From the NCBI GenBank assembly GCA_002269645.1, contig NIVC01001811.1, positions 310,001 to 374,000 of the forward strand: a DNA stretch of 64,000 nt, written 5' to 3'. Both the position numbers and the translations under genes were made by a program. The DNA comes from Macrostomum lignano. Its lineage: Eukaryota. This document shows, piece by piece, positions 38,400-51,223 of this stretch. Under the pieces are notes generated by a model. It had not been told where the DNA came from. It saw only the letters and a program-made list of their open reading frames with translations, and ran no database searches. Position 1 is the stretch's first letter. The number at the start of each line of letters is the position of its first letter.

Positions 38400-39567
38400 T
38401 GCTTTGCTCGGTAGCACCATCAGCGGCGGTCTCCTTGGCCTCGAATGGGCTGACTAGGATTCGCTTCCTGATGATAAACTTGCGGTTCCGCCGTAGATAT
38501 CTCCGCTCGCCAGTCGAATCATGAAACTCGGTTCCGTCCGGCTTCCACGATCACGCCGTACTTGTCCCATCTTCCGTTGCGACAGTCCTGAACCACCACT
38601 CTGTCATGCACTTTGATGTCCAGCAGGGGCTGAGCGTCTTGGTTGTAGTATTTCTCCGTAGTCGCCTTGACTCTAGCCTGCTTCTCCTCAATCTAATCTG
38701 CAGATTTTTGCCATTCAGGTGCGAACGCTCTTCTGTGTGCCGGAATACTGTTTGAGTTGGGGACTTGCCGTCGTATCTTGGAGTGTTAAGATAGACTAGG
38801 AGACCTTGTGACAGTTTCTTTCAGCCCAGCGTGCCAGTCTGATGGTTCCAAGACTCTCTGACGATCTTCTTCATTTCTTTCACCCCAGCTTCGGCGCGTC
38901 TGTTGCTCTGTGGATAATGTGGAGACGATACTCGGTGTTTGACGTTTCAGCATGTTGGGAAATCCTTGAAAATTTTTGCGTTGAATTGTGGACCGCCGTC
39001 TGATCAGAAAATGTCGGCGACCAATTTCTTGACGAATCTCTGTCGGATAGCTCTGACGATTTTGGTTGCGGCTGTATCATCGCCGAGATAATTGAGAGCT
39101 GCCCGATCGGATAGGCCATCCACGATGACAAGGAAGTTCTTCCCTACATATTCAAATAGATCCGCGTGGATCTCTTGGAAGACTCGTTTCGGTGGCTGTC
39201 GAACGACCATAGGTTCCTTCGCCAGGCTAGGAAAATTGTCTTTTTGGCATGGTTTGCACATCTTAGCGATCTTCTCGATGTCGTTGATCAGGCTATTCCA
39301 GAAAATGCTTTGCCTTGCTCGCTCCTTCATTTTGTGGCATCCCTGGTGCATCTTCAGGAGATTTCTGACCAGGAGATCAGAAGGACGCTTCTCCTTAGCA
39401 AACGCGTCGTTAATTAAATGTTGATTTTCGCCTTCCTTTTTATCCTACTTGCCAAGCGAGCAACTTTACCTGAATTTCGCTTCTCCTTAGATTCCTAGAG
39501 ATCAGTAGCTGTCGTCCAGCCAGGATGACGTCGTCTTCGACGCAGAGTTCGTTCTTGTTTGATTCTA
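38400..39567 (-). pseudogene. Ty3/gypsy integrase remnant
   Basis: HQG..KMKERARQSIFW..CKPC, IHADLF, SDGGPQF, SSPHYPQSN, C-terminal YLRRNRKFI. Confidence 0.85.
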
Positions 39568-41492
39568 CGTGCAGGAATGCATTTAAGCGTGCGGAAATGC
39601 TTTCGTCTATCGTAAATCTTCATTTAAAATGTTAATGCTTACAGTGCAGGAATGCATTTTAATGCACGGTTATGCACGGTAATAGACAGAATTGTATTTC
39701 AATAAGAACAAACAAGTGACACAAAATGAGAAATATTGACACAAAATGAGTAACAACATTAACGTATTAAAGCAATGGAACACTCGAACAGACATGGTTT
39801 CGTTTCCAAGAACAATAGCTCGTAGATCAATTTCGATCCTTATCTACTCGAAAACGAACTGCACCACGTTGGGATCCCCATCAGCGATGATCCTCATCTT
39901 CTTTGTTGACGCCGACGTAGTCGGCTCTCTTGTTAACAGCACTTCAGACTGCGCCGCACTCCGAATGCCGACCGACAAAGTCTCAGAGCCAGTTCCGTCA
40001 AGAGCAATGTCAATTGTCCACTCATGCCCGCCATTATAGTGTCTCTTCGTTTTCCACGTCGAATATACCGTCCGACGGATGTACTGAACTGAAATTTTCA
40101 CATTAACGTAAGAATAATTCTATCAGATACAATGTGCAATTTTTGCTACGTTGTGTACACACAGTGTAACGGTTTTCAGCTTACCTTGTGCCCCGTCACT
40201 TTAGTGATGGTTTCTACGGCGTATCCAGCCTCGTGAAGTTCCGTGTAACAACGGTCGCTCTTACACAGTGACCTGTGTACGGCTTCGAAAGATTTGCCTT
40301 TGCAGATATCGTCTTCATCAGCGGCCCTAAGGTGTTGATACCAACAGCTTGCTTTGTGTACCAGATTCCGTTTGGTCCAACCTGTTGCTTCGGCCGAAGA
40401 AAGAAATCGGTGCCGTTCCAGTCGTAAACTGCAACCATTTTCGATAGATACAGTTTGAAGGCCTCAACAGGGCAGCATTTTGATCCTGGCTTAGCAACCA
40501 TAAGAGCCTCCTTGTTGTCATCACAGTCGCGAATATCCACCGATCCCTTCACATTCTTGGAAGTGCTGCTTTGTAGCTTGATCGCCGTCATGCCGTTGGC
40601 AAGGACCGTCTCGCTGAACTAATTCGCAGTCAGGCCACGCAACCATTCACGGCCACGATTGCCGTAATAGAAGATAATTTTGAAATACACCTCCTCCTGC
40701 AGACGGGCTGGTGTGCTTCGGTCAAAATAGCTGGCCAACTTCATCAGATCTTCGGATTCAATCGCATCGTAGTGTCGAATTGGTCTCCCCGAGTTTTGGT
40801 ACGCATTACACACATGCTTTACTATCAAGTTCGCAGCGTGAAAGTCTGGCTCGGCAATAATATTTAGTCCGCGCAACTTCATAAAGTAGCGAAACAGAGC
40901 AGCGCGCAACCCGACAATGGTGTTAGGAGAATAATATCCTCCATCGGGTTTACGCTGCGAAGCATAGAAGTATCGAATCCAGCGTGCGAATTCTTCAACA
41001 GAGACGTTCTTGAAGTCAAGATGCACATTGCAGATCTCAAGCCAGTCGGTAAGACGCTTGATAATGGCCTTCTCCTTGGAAACGCTTGTTCAGCACTCAT
41101 TTTCTCGTTCAAATTGGTTCGCGAGATGATCCAGTTCGTCGAGCGTAGCCAGCGATTCGGGATCCGCAGATATCAGCTTGGCCAGCTCATCATCGAAGTT
41201 GACATCTGCTACCAAAGCTGTCAGTTCGTCGGCATCTCTCTCTAGCTTGCTAGTCGTGCCAGCTAGAACCATCTCCTCTTTACTAACTCCACACATAGAC
41301 ACGTAGCGCAGGTCTATCAATGGACCAACCGAATTTTTGTCTATGGTAAATGTTTTTTTCATTTGGAGGCTCTGCCCTCACCCCCCCCCACCCGCAAGGG
41401 GACTGCGTCCCCTTAACCCCGCTTCCCGCTGCATCTCCCTTCCACTCTAATTGATCCAACAAGAATAATATTCCAGCACTTCGTGCAGGAAT
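39568..41492 (-). mobile_element. Crypton-like element with near-complete tyrosine recombinase pseudogene (~41296 to 39844), intron 40089-40184
   Basis: YYGNRGREW (catalytic R), YTGHCVRAT, VTGHK|intron|FSTSVGRY; two stops and two frameshifts; CGTGCAGGAAT direct repeat at both ends. Confidence 0.88.
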
Positions 41493-41559
41493 ATACTATT
41501 CGCAGAAGGCTAATACGAGCTACAATAGAACGCTTAGAACGCTTGGGCTTGAACACATA

Positions 41560-41960
41560 CTAACACAGCTATTCCCCCATGAGCCACAGCACTATTACAA
41601 TTAACTAACTGATGCACCGTGACATTCAATGAATTCTTTCTGGGCCCAAGAATTTCAGCATTTCCCTAATGAGCCTTTGACGTCTCAGCTATTCCGCTGT
41701 GAGCGTTAGCATCTCAGCAATACCCCATGAGCCACAGCCCAAAGCTTTACAGTGATCCCCCGCGAGTTTTGACATCTCAGCAAGTCCCCAATAAGCATCG
41801 ACATCCCAGCAACTCCTTTTCAAGCCGCAAAATTTCGACAATATTCCCATGGCCTGCCATCACAGCAATTTCCCTGAGCCTTGAGCCACACTATATTTTG
41901 GATATCCCCCATAAGCATTGACACTTAAATTCCCCAAATGAGTCTCTTATGTTTGACAGC
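41560..41960. repeat. ~30-bp degenerate satellite (same family as 11.2-12.2 kb); another block at ~43500-43810
   Basis: CCCCATGAGCC / GACATCTCAGCAA units. Confidence 0.7.
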
Positions 41961-42404
41961 CCAATTCTTTTATGGTTGACATGGTGATTTTTTCGCTCTT
42001 TCTTTCGTTGAGTTTCTTTTCTTAAAAATAGCTATTACTTCTAATGGTTTATCAGCACTGTTTCGCACAATCAGTGAGCAGATGGCCTCCAATCTAGACG
42101 TTTCTCAATTATCAAAACCGAAAAGAAATAGCCAATTCCAACCCCCGTTGTGGCTTGCTATTATAACTTCATCCCTTGGTTGTTCCAAGAAAAAATTTCA
42201 CGAGGCTGTCATTGCTATGCACTTTTGGTGACAATAACACGCGCGTGGGATGCATGTTAATGTCATGTTGGACATTAACGCGCAACGTCAATTTAAACAA
42301 TAACAAAGGGTAAATTTTATTTTTTTTATGTTAGAAAAACATCAAAAACTGTTCAACAAAGAAATCGAATGTTAATCAGTTAATACCAGGCCTACACAGA
42401 AACG

Positions 42405-43165
42405 TCACTCAAAAAGAATATCGATCAGATTGCGCCTGCCGCCAATGGTCACTTTCATCTTCTTTGATGGAGCAGCCTGCACACGTAGTGCTCTGTCGGT
42501 CTGGACAGGCTCTTGATAAACATCCGCACATTCCTCCATCGTAGCCTCGCTTATTGTGATTGGATTTTGGACGAGCTAGCTTAACGATCTTATTATTGAC
42601 ATTAGTTTCGGAAACTGTATGATTCAGCGCCTGATCCACAGCCAGAGATGCCCTATACAAACTGCGATCACGTCGCCTCGAAAAGTAGCGCTTAACAGTT
42701 TGCTCACACTTTCACCCAGTGATGAGCATGATCTCCTGGATAGTCTGGCCACAGGCATCCAGGTGGCACGCTCTAGTTACTCTGCAGTTTAAGAAAATTT
42801 GGCAACTGATTTGTCTAAATGCAAATGTGTTCACAGAGAAACACTATGAATATGGTGGGAAAAAGTACAGGTCAAACTACCTACCATATGCAGCGGTCGG
42901 TGTACACCTTAGTAAGACCTGCTTTCTCACTGACGTTCTTCATAAACTCAAGAAGATAGCGAAAGCCTGTAGCAGTTTTTTTCGAAGAATCTATAGCGGT
43001 TCGCTGCATCTCGACTGTCTAACGACCTTGGGCATGATCGAATGACGTGCAAATCAAGTCGAAATCGCCGGATGTTACTCCTGAAATCTCACCATTCGGC
43101 ATAGCTCCGTAGTCAAATAGAGGAGGCAGAACTTCTGCCACTGTAGTTGGCTCTGCGTCAGCCAT
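42405..43165 (-). pseudogene. Internally deleted Crypton tyrosine recombinase, intron 42782-42884
   Basis: AGLTKVYTDRCI|GTAGGT..CTGCAG|VTRACHLD...ITG*KCEQTVKRY...KKMKVTIGGRRNLIDILFE*. Confidence 0.75.
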
Positions 43166-44837
43166 GGCGATTTCGTTAGCGTAAATCAAAGATGCAAGCA
43201 ATCAAATCTGCTGTCTTTCTACTCAGCTCTCTTAAACCTTCTGTCTCCCTCTTTTTGGGGTCAAAAAACTACAGTACGCATATTAATATCGATGTAGGCC
43301 ATAGACTAAAATTTATTTAAATTTCATTGTAGAAAGTGGGGGCTTTGCCCCCACACACTCATTCTCACTCTCCGATCCCCCTCCTTGACTCCTTCCGGCG
43401 CTATTTTTGAGTGTTTCAAAAATAGTGCAGAAGAATATATCATTATCATGAAAATTTTCTCTGTAGCATTTTTTATTCCTCTCTTATCGTGATTTCAATT
43501 TTTGAAACCCATAGATAGCAAGTATCCCCCAAAAGCAAGCATCTCCAAATAGCAAACATCCACCGAAAGCAAGCAAACAAAACAATCCCCCCAAGCCTTG
43601 ACATCTAAGCGATTCCCCCCAAGCCTTTGATATCTTTGCGATTCCTGACCGTCATCCTTGACTTTTGAACTACTCCCCAAACCTCGAAATCTCAGAAATT
43701 CTCCGTCAGCCTTGAAATCTTAACGATTCCCCTACTAAGCCTTGACATTTTTTAGAAATTCCCTCATAAAGACCTGACATCTCACCATTTCCTGAGATAT
43801 CCCCACAAGCAATCTTAAATTATGCCTTCGAAGCCTTCAATAGCTGGCAGTGGCAGAACGAGCTATATTTACTCATACGAATCAAAGCGGCTCAAATCGG
43901 AATCAAAACACTCAACCGATAGCACGCAACAGATAAGAGAGCAATGCAGCAAGTTCGGCCAGCAAATTCCTGTTAGCACAGCAAACTTTGCAGACTTCAT
44001 GCTAGCAAATCTCGTACGAGCCGCGTACTCCCATTTAACAGAATGCTTTCAATTTCAAATTACGATAGATTATCCACTTTGCAGCGTCCAGAAAACTGAA
44101 CGCACTGGGAAAAATTTACATGTAGTCGGCCCCGTCTGCATCGGTGTTAAATATCAGAGTTTGCAGTTGCCAAGATCAATGTTTGCATGTCGCACCAACC
44201 CGATGCCGGATGCCAACTCTCACAAGTAAAGTAGATGCTACGTGTAGATTGCTTATTTCAGTTTTACAACCAGGTCTGAATTTTTCTATAATAGGAAAGT
44301 CTAACCTAGGTTTGGATTGGGAAAAACTTACTCTAATGAAATTCGCACAAGTTTATCTATAATTCTGTATAAAACTGCATGGTTGCCAAATAACTGCTGT
44401 ATCCAGATCAGGTTCCAATAAAGTAAATTTAGAGCGTTAAAAGTGACAAACAGTGGAGAATAAAATTTATTATTGGATAAACTTTTTTTCTAGAAATTAA
44501 AATGATTTGGCTAAATTCTAGAAAGCCCTGGGAAGTTTGCATGATTATGGCAATTAAACTGGGACTTCATTTCGCAAAGCTTTTCTGGAAATTTTTCACA
44601 ACGTATAGAAAAGGCGAAGTATTTCTTGTTGGTATAGCAATCAAACAAGCTATGAAGCTGCTTTGAGCTACCAATAATGTCATTTTTATCTCTAATATAA
44701 TCACTAAATAGTTTCACGAGTGACGATCCATGTAATTTAGTGCGAGTAAATCTCTTTGAAAATAAAAGTTTTTTTTTCCACCCATTTTTTATTAAAAGCA
44801 GGGGCTGTGTGCACTCTGGCGCACTTTAAGCAACATT

Positions 44838-45622
44838 GGGCTGTATGAATAAAAATAGTATTTGCTCACGAGAAAATTCTCAGCCTCTGAGCACGAGCAT
44901 TTTCTCCAACTTTAGAATATTCTCTGAGTGCGAGCAAATGCTCAAAGAGGATATGAATAAAGAATATCCTCGAGCTCTGAGAATTTTTCCGTGATCAGAG
45001 CAAATCTTCAACCACTTTAAGCCATAGACAAGACGTCTTCCACTTGATTCTATTGTCCTTTGTGTGCATCTGAAGCTTATCTACCCAGAGACTGACTTGC
45101 GAGAAGGGAATCAGAAAGAGAAAGAGAAAAAGCAACAGATTTCTTACAAGAGAAAAAATGGAAACACAGACGGATGTTAAGAATGAAAACTTAGTAAGAG
45201 TTGTGTTACGATACCCCGATCTGCTGGAAAAAGCGGAAATACTTGGAGCAATTCAGCGGGAAAATGCTGCCCTTTTGCACATTCAACGAGATTTGGAAGA
45301 GACTGGCATGAATTTGACAAGCAATAAGATCAACAAGAAGCTGTCCATGCCATATCATGTCCGAAGGCTTGTCTTGCGATGTCTGCTGTGACTTTTACCT
45401 ACTGAGTCAGCTTAAGGGCAGCCTGACTTTTCTTGATCCAATACTTCGCAATTTAGTTTATGGTCCAGTTGTTATTCATACTGACAGAATAAATTGCTGA
45501 AACTTTAGGAATTGCTAAAAATACTGAGCAAAAGCTCAGGAGCTCTTACTTACTTTATTCATGCAGACCGAGTCAATGTTTGAGTTTGAGCAACTGCTCA
45601 CTTTATTCATACATGTACGGCC
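44838..45622 (+). mobile_element. Non-autonomous Harbinger derivative with a Myb/MADF-like N-terminal fragment (45158-45391)
   Basis: GGCTGTATGAATAAA / TTTATTCATAC..GGCC termini match the 31.8-kb terminus. Confidence 0.6.
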
Positions 45623-45624
45623 TT

Positions 45625-45884
45625 GACTGACTGACGACTGACTGACTGACTGACTGACTGACTGACTGACTGACTGACTGACGACTGACTGACTGACTGA
45701 CTGACTGACTGACTGACTGACTGACTGACTGACTGACTGACTGACTGACTGACTGACTGACTGACTGACTGACTGACTGACTGACTGACTCACTGACTGA
45801 CTCACTGACTGACTCACTGACTGACTGACTGACTGACTGACTGACTGACTGACTGACTGACTGACTGACTGACTGACTGACTGA
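45625..45884. repeat. (GACT)n microsatellite, ~260 bp
   Basis: Directly visible, with a few GAC/CACT variants. Confidence 0.98.
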
Positions 45885-47105
45885 AATGAATGTCACACAA
45901 CCGGCGAAAGGCATTGACCCCTGAGCAGGCGCACAAGCGCGCGGATACGCACGCAGTGATACGCACAGGCACACACACAGGAACTTTATTTATCGTTAAG
46001 CATGTACAGTTAGCAACGTTTAAAGTTTCCACCCTAAATCCAGTGGTATTATTCATCAGTTGAATAATGAATTAATTTATTAATTTATTTTTCAATATTA
46101 TCGTTGATAATACACTAATATCAATTAATTTTTATTCATATTAGCTTGATTACGAAATCAGCCCATACGAGCCCGCGGACGTGGTGTGAATTGCGTTACT
46201 TGGGGCTGAGATCTGAGGAAAGTTGACCACTGGTTTTGGGGTGGAAACTTTAACATGTTGCTGAATGTACACTTCACTGTGTCTCGGGGTTGGCTCTCAA
46301 GGGCGTTAATTGCTCGAGCAGAGCCAAACTGATTCCAATTTAGCCCCAAATTAATGTGACTGCACTTGGAATCGAGCCTGGGCCGCTGGCACATGAGAGA
46401 CCACACGAGAGCGCCAGACCACTGGGAAATAGAAATTCCCCAATGCATGAGTTTTTCTAAAACAAAGAATTCTTAGTGAATTCTCAGTGAAATTTTTAAA
46501 ACACTGAATTGAAGCAGAAAGGTTTAATCAAAAATCCTTAAAACTTTTTGCTGTAAAAGCTATCAAATTTGGTTCAGGCATTCAGTCCTCTGTCGATCGA
46601 AATGCTTTCGTTTCATATTAGCAAAAATTCTAGATTTTAGTAAAAGGATTATTAATGTTCAGCAACATTGAAAAGTCGCCACTCTATGCGCAAGTGAGCC
46701 ATTTCTTCTATATTTTTCTGAAATAAAAGATGCGAGAAATCTGATCGGAACAGCTTCAAATTGGTTTGGACTTCCTTTCAAAACATAGACAGAAATTAAT
46801 TAGCAAATTCATGAAATTTTAACTGTCTTCCTTCCAGACAATTTTGAATCTTTTGGCAAAAACGAAATCCAAATTGATCAATTGGTTCAATCTTTAGAGC
46901 GTCACATACAAACCAACAAACATAGATTAGAGATTTATTTACTATCTGCAGATAGAAGAAGAAAAATACTACACCTTTTCACGTTCAATTTTGAACAAAG
47001 TCCAGTTCTAAAAAAACTAGCAGAAATTCAATTCAGACAATTCAGACTGGGGACAATTTTGTCTATGGCTAAAACTTGCTTCGGTTGCATAATGTAAGAT
47101 TACTA

Positions 47106-49040
47106 TTGGTTTTGTCAGCCTAACTGAGAAGAAAGCCATCCAAAGTGAGAATCCTGCCTACGCTGACTGCGAAGGGCCTGGCTGCGTGCAGCCTTAGTCT
47201 ATGGGCCATAGACAATAAAGGACAAGCAAAGTGATAAAAAGCATCCAATGTGAGAATCGATTGGTCTATGCGTCGTATTGTTGTGTCGGAGTGAGTCGGA
47301 ATAGGTTTGTCAGGTTTGACAGAAAAGTGCATACGATTGTATACTTGAATCCGGCTCGTAGCCGTAAGAAAATGCGCAGTCTTGTTTTAGAGAAAGTAAC
47401 AGAGTTAGTGAACTGCAAGAGTCAAAATAAAATAGCTCGCATTCAATACCATAGACATCACACGTATTCTTTTATTTTTATACCTTCTGAGCCATATGAC
47501 TAGCCAATAGCTTGAACGGAATAACGGAAACAGGAACACACTGGATGATACAGTACAGTAAAGTAAAGAGTTAAAATAGCCGTCCCTCAATGCACTGCCC
47601 AAAGAGTCGTCTGCAACGCAGGTCCCACGCGGCAGCCTTCCCAGCAGTGACTGTGTCGTCAATCGCTTCGCGCGCCTCCCTCTCTAACAGCATGAATCGC
47701 CACTCCTCTTGGTTGACGCCATCTGGAGCAACGGCCTCCTCGTTGACTAGTCCAGCGTCTGCCAGGCGGCTTTTGATCCGTGCCTTCAGCGCACTGTTGG
47801 CCAGTTCCGATGGGTTGAGGAAGGGTGAGTATGGCGGCAGGATGCGAATCGAGATCTTCTCTTGTAGTTGCTCCGGCACCCTGGCTCCCCTGTGGAAGTG
47901 CGGGCCGTCCATCACAACCAGCCAGCTTCCATCGGCATCGAGCTCATTGCATCGCTCTGCCAAGAAGTTGATGAACTCCTGGAAGCGAACCAGCGTCTGA
48001 CCACCCCGCTGCACGGTCGAGTGCACCAGGCCAAACTCTGCGCAGATAGCCATGCAGACGGTCACGTTTGGGCCTCTTTGTGTCGTCACAGTCCGCTTAA
48101 CAGGGCGACCCCTGATAGCACGGCCTTGCGATCGCCGTAGCCACAAGTTGAATCCAGTTTCGTCCAAATAGACGATGTGTACGGAGGCGTCAAGGTGCAG
48201 CATGAAGTTGGCATATTCTCTCCGGGCCTCGATGTTTTCAGGAAGATTGCAGCTCGCTCTGGTGTCACTGCCCTTCGTTCCAAGCTTCAGGGTGTATAGC
48301 ATCCCTTGGAGCATCCGATCGACCGTCTTGTACCCCACTTGAGGCTTCTCCGGAAACTGTGCAGCCATGCAGTTGGCCATCTCTTTTAACATTAGGAAGG
48401 AGTTCTCTTGCAGCTTCTGGTTCAGAAATTGCCGCATTTCATCATCAACTTTAAGAAGTCGTTGACCACCGCGAGGAAGCGCCTCAGTTCTTCCTTCTAG
48501 GCGATGCTGACGGGCAATTCTATAGGCAGTTGAGACAGGCAGTTGCAGGACGGCTGCTGCTTCCCTTAGTGAGCTTCCATTTTCAATGGCCGCAATGAGT
48601 CGCTGGCGGTCCACAGATGAGGCGGGCATTTTTATTGCAGTGGTGAAGACTGAACTCTGTTAATTCTAAGTGTTGGATAAATAGGCAAGAAAGCAACGAG
48701 ACTGTGGGTGATGGAGAAGCAGTGATGGAGGAGTTGCGCTTGGAGGAGTAGAGAGAGCTAGGGGAAAGAGAAAAAGCGATTGATTCTCACATTGGATGCC
48801 TTTTTTAAACTTTGCTTGTCCTTTATAGTCTATGGCTCATAGACTAGGCTGGACGCAGCTAGGCCTTTCGTATTCAGCGTAGGCAGGATTCTCACATTGG
48901 ATGGCTTTTTATCACTTTGCTTATCCTTTATAGTCGATGGCCCATAGACTAAGGCTGCACGCAGCCAGGCCCTTCGCAGTCAGCGTAGGCAGGATTCTCA
49001 CTTTGGATGGCTTTATTCTCAGTTAGGCTGACAAAACCAA
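47106..49040 (-). mobile_element. Tc1/IS630-like transposon, ~150-bp TIRs, TA duplication
   Basis: TA|TTGGTTTTGTCAGCCTAACTGAG... / ...CTCAGTTAGGCTGACAAAACCAA|TA; extra ~115-bp copy of the inner TIR at 48780-48895. Confidence 0.92.
47571..48629 (-). CDS. Intact Tc1/IS630-family transposase, 352 aa
   Basis: Open frame; N-terminal HTH, YLDETG, VMDG, LPPYSPFLNPSE; 33 residues between the second D and E. Confidence 0.92.
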   Translation of the reverse strand: MPASSVDRQRLIAAIENGSSLREAAAVLQLPVSTAYRIARQHRLEGRTEALPRGGQRLLKVDDEMRQFLNQKLQENSFLMLKEMANCMAAQFPEKPQVGYKTVDRMLQGMLYTLKLGTKGSDTRASCNLPENIEARREYANFMLHLDASVHIVYLDETGFNLWLRRSQGRAIRGRPVKRTVTTQRGPNVTVCMAICAEFGLVHSTVQRGGQTLVRFQEFINFLAERCNELDADGSWLVVMDGPHFHRGARVPEQLQEKISIRILPPYSPFLNPSELANSALKARIKSRLADAGLVNEEAVAPDGVNQEEWRFMLLEREAREAIDDTVTAGKAAAWDLRCRRLFGQCIEGRLF

Positions 49041-49130
49041 TACTAGGCTTTCGAGTGCGATAATAGTCTTGGCTCGAGTGCGCGAAGCGCACGAGTGCCA
49101 TAGACTATTATCGCACGAGTAAGCCTAGTA
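49041..49130. repeat. 90-bp imperfect palindrome with a central GCGAAGC hairpin
   Basis: TACTAGGCTT..GTGCGATAATAGTCT.GGC..GTGCGCGAAGCGCAC..GCCATAGACTATTATCGCAC..AAGCCTAGTA. Confidence 0.9.
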
Positions 49131-49138
49131 GTAGGCAT

Positions 49139-50091
49139 ATTGTCTCATGACTGAGCGTGCGTTGAAAAAATTCTTCGTCACAGCACTGTACTTTATTATC
49201 TGCACGTTTTTTGTTCCTGCAGCTAGGAGTTCCTACCATAGACATTTTCTTAGTGACCATAGACAATTTCTTGCTATGCACAAGCTTCTGATCGTGAGTT
49301 TGGCCCCATATGGATTCATTATTTCCTAACGGCATGAGAAGCGGCATGACGGCCGGTGAGATCTCCCACCATTTGGAGTGGGCCGACGTTGAGAAGCTTG
49401 TGGACGAGCAGTTACGTCTCCAAGCAACTAGTGTGGACGACAACGAGGAGCTGAACCGCCTATTCGACTCCATCCCTGATTTGAACGACGACTTGGCCTC
49501 GATCGACCTTGACGCATCAATCCGGGCGCTGGAGCAAGAGACCGATGTCAAATCGTCTAAGAAGCATGAGGCTCAATACGTCGCGAAATTTCGCGATTTC
49601 TTGGCAAAGTATCCGCACCTGCGCGTCGATTTGGACACCTCGCAACGTGAGGAGCTGAGCGTTGGCCTGCGCTACTTTTACGGCACTCTTCACAAGACTG
49701 ATGGCCAGCCGTATGCTCCTAGCAGCCTCGTGTGCATTCGCGCTGCCTTGTTCCACTACCTGATGAAGAACCGGGGCATCAACATCATTTCCGATGGTCG
49801 ATTCTACTCTGCAAATCAAATGCTGAAGGCCGGTGGGCGTCTTTTCTTTGTTAAATTCTGCTGTGTTTTTCCCCTTTGTTTTAATAAACGTTGCTTGCAA
49901 ACTGCTGTTTTTTGTGGCGCTGTAAGCTATTATCTGCACGCTTTTTCATTATCTGCACGCTTTTTCATTATCTGCACGCTTTTTTCATTATCTGCACGCT
50001 TTTTTGGCTACGCCGCATAGGGTTGGGCCATAGACTGTAAGATTAATGCACGCTTTTTGGACCAAAAACGCACGCTCAGTCATGGGACAAT
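49139..50091 (+). mobile_element. Inner 25-bp TIR element carrying the 5' half of a Crypton recombinase (49310 to ~49830)
   Basis: ATTGTC(T/C)CATGACTGAGCGTGCGTT inverted pair; LRYFY...DGQPYAPSSL..IRAALFHYLMKNRGINII aligns by eye with the 40.9-kb recombinase. Confidence 0.78.
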
Positions 50092-51223
50092 GTTTTGAAA
50101 TGGGGTTTGTTGCCCCAGTCTGAATTGTCTGAATAGAATTTCCGCTAGTTTTTTTAGAACTGGACTTTGTTCAAAATTGAACGTGAAAAGGTGTACTACT
50201 GCCAGCTATGAACTCAAAAAACATACAAAAAAGTCTTGGTGAACTGAATATCGTCAGTTGCACGAACAGATGGTCCCTAAAACTGTCAGAAACATCGATG
50301 AAATAGCGGAACTCAAAGTTGGAAACTAAATAATCATCAATTAATATTCATTTCTCAAAATACTAGTCAAGCCATGAAATTCAACGCCACAAATGACTAG
50401 TAAAGATTTATAAATTCAGCGCTCAGTGGAAGCGCCAAAAAACTGAGCACGTTAAGACTAAGAGAAATGAGAGAGCTTGAGTAAAAAATAGCAGCAAAAT
50501 TGACGAAATAGCAAAGGAATGACAACTGAGGAAGATGGGAAGAATGAGGAAGATGGGACAAAAAGGGCAAGAATAGAAAACCAAGAATTCCGCAGCATGC
50601 TATCTTACATGTGCATAACCGCTGTTCAAATAAGTGGTCCAGAATGGTGCAGACATTGTACAAATTAATGAAAACCAAACCATTTAAATTAAACCGCCGC
50701 ACCTTTTCTCGTCAAAAAATTTTTTTAATGAACGCACAATAGATACGACGAGGAGCAAATACGCTTTTCTGAAGCGAAGGTTGACACTTCAAATTCAAAT
50801 ATCTGTTCAAATATCAGATATCTATTTCGTTAATTTCTTATTACGATTGGTAAACAACTGAGAGCGTCAAAGCGTTTTTAGAAAAATTAATTGCATCGCA
50901 AACTCAAAAAACATCGATTAACAAGGCTTCAAGCGAAGGAATTCTGAGAAATATAAAATAGTTTAGCCCACGGTACTGTAAGATTTTTGTTTGTAAATAT
51001 TACTATATTGCATCATCACTGGTTCATAATTTGTTTAAACAACTTTACGGTTAGATATGGGTTGCAGGGTGCAAGACTGTTTAAAGTGTAATAAGAGACT
51101 CACTGCAGGGGTAGAGAAGAAAGGGGTACACGGGCTTTTATGGGACTTACTGCAAAGATAAAAGATAAGATCTAATGTTTAGTGTCAAGTTTACCGTGAA
51201 CTTCTCACTCTTGATCGCAGGCC

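Larger units (their letters stand above)
46972..50193. mobile_element. Outer TIR element (~84-bp TIR, TA duplication) enclosing nested insertions
   Basis: TA|CACCTTTTCACGTTCAATTTTGAACAAAGTCC... and ...GGACTTTGTTCAAAATTGAACGTGAAAAGGTG|TA. Confidence 0.85.

Noticed and set aside
45536-46056. ORFs rich in SVSQ repeats
   Set aside because: Translations of the (GACT)n microsatellite
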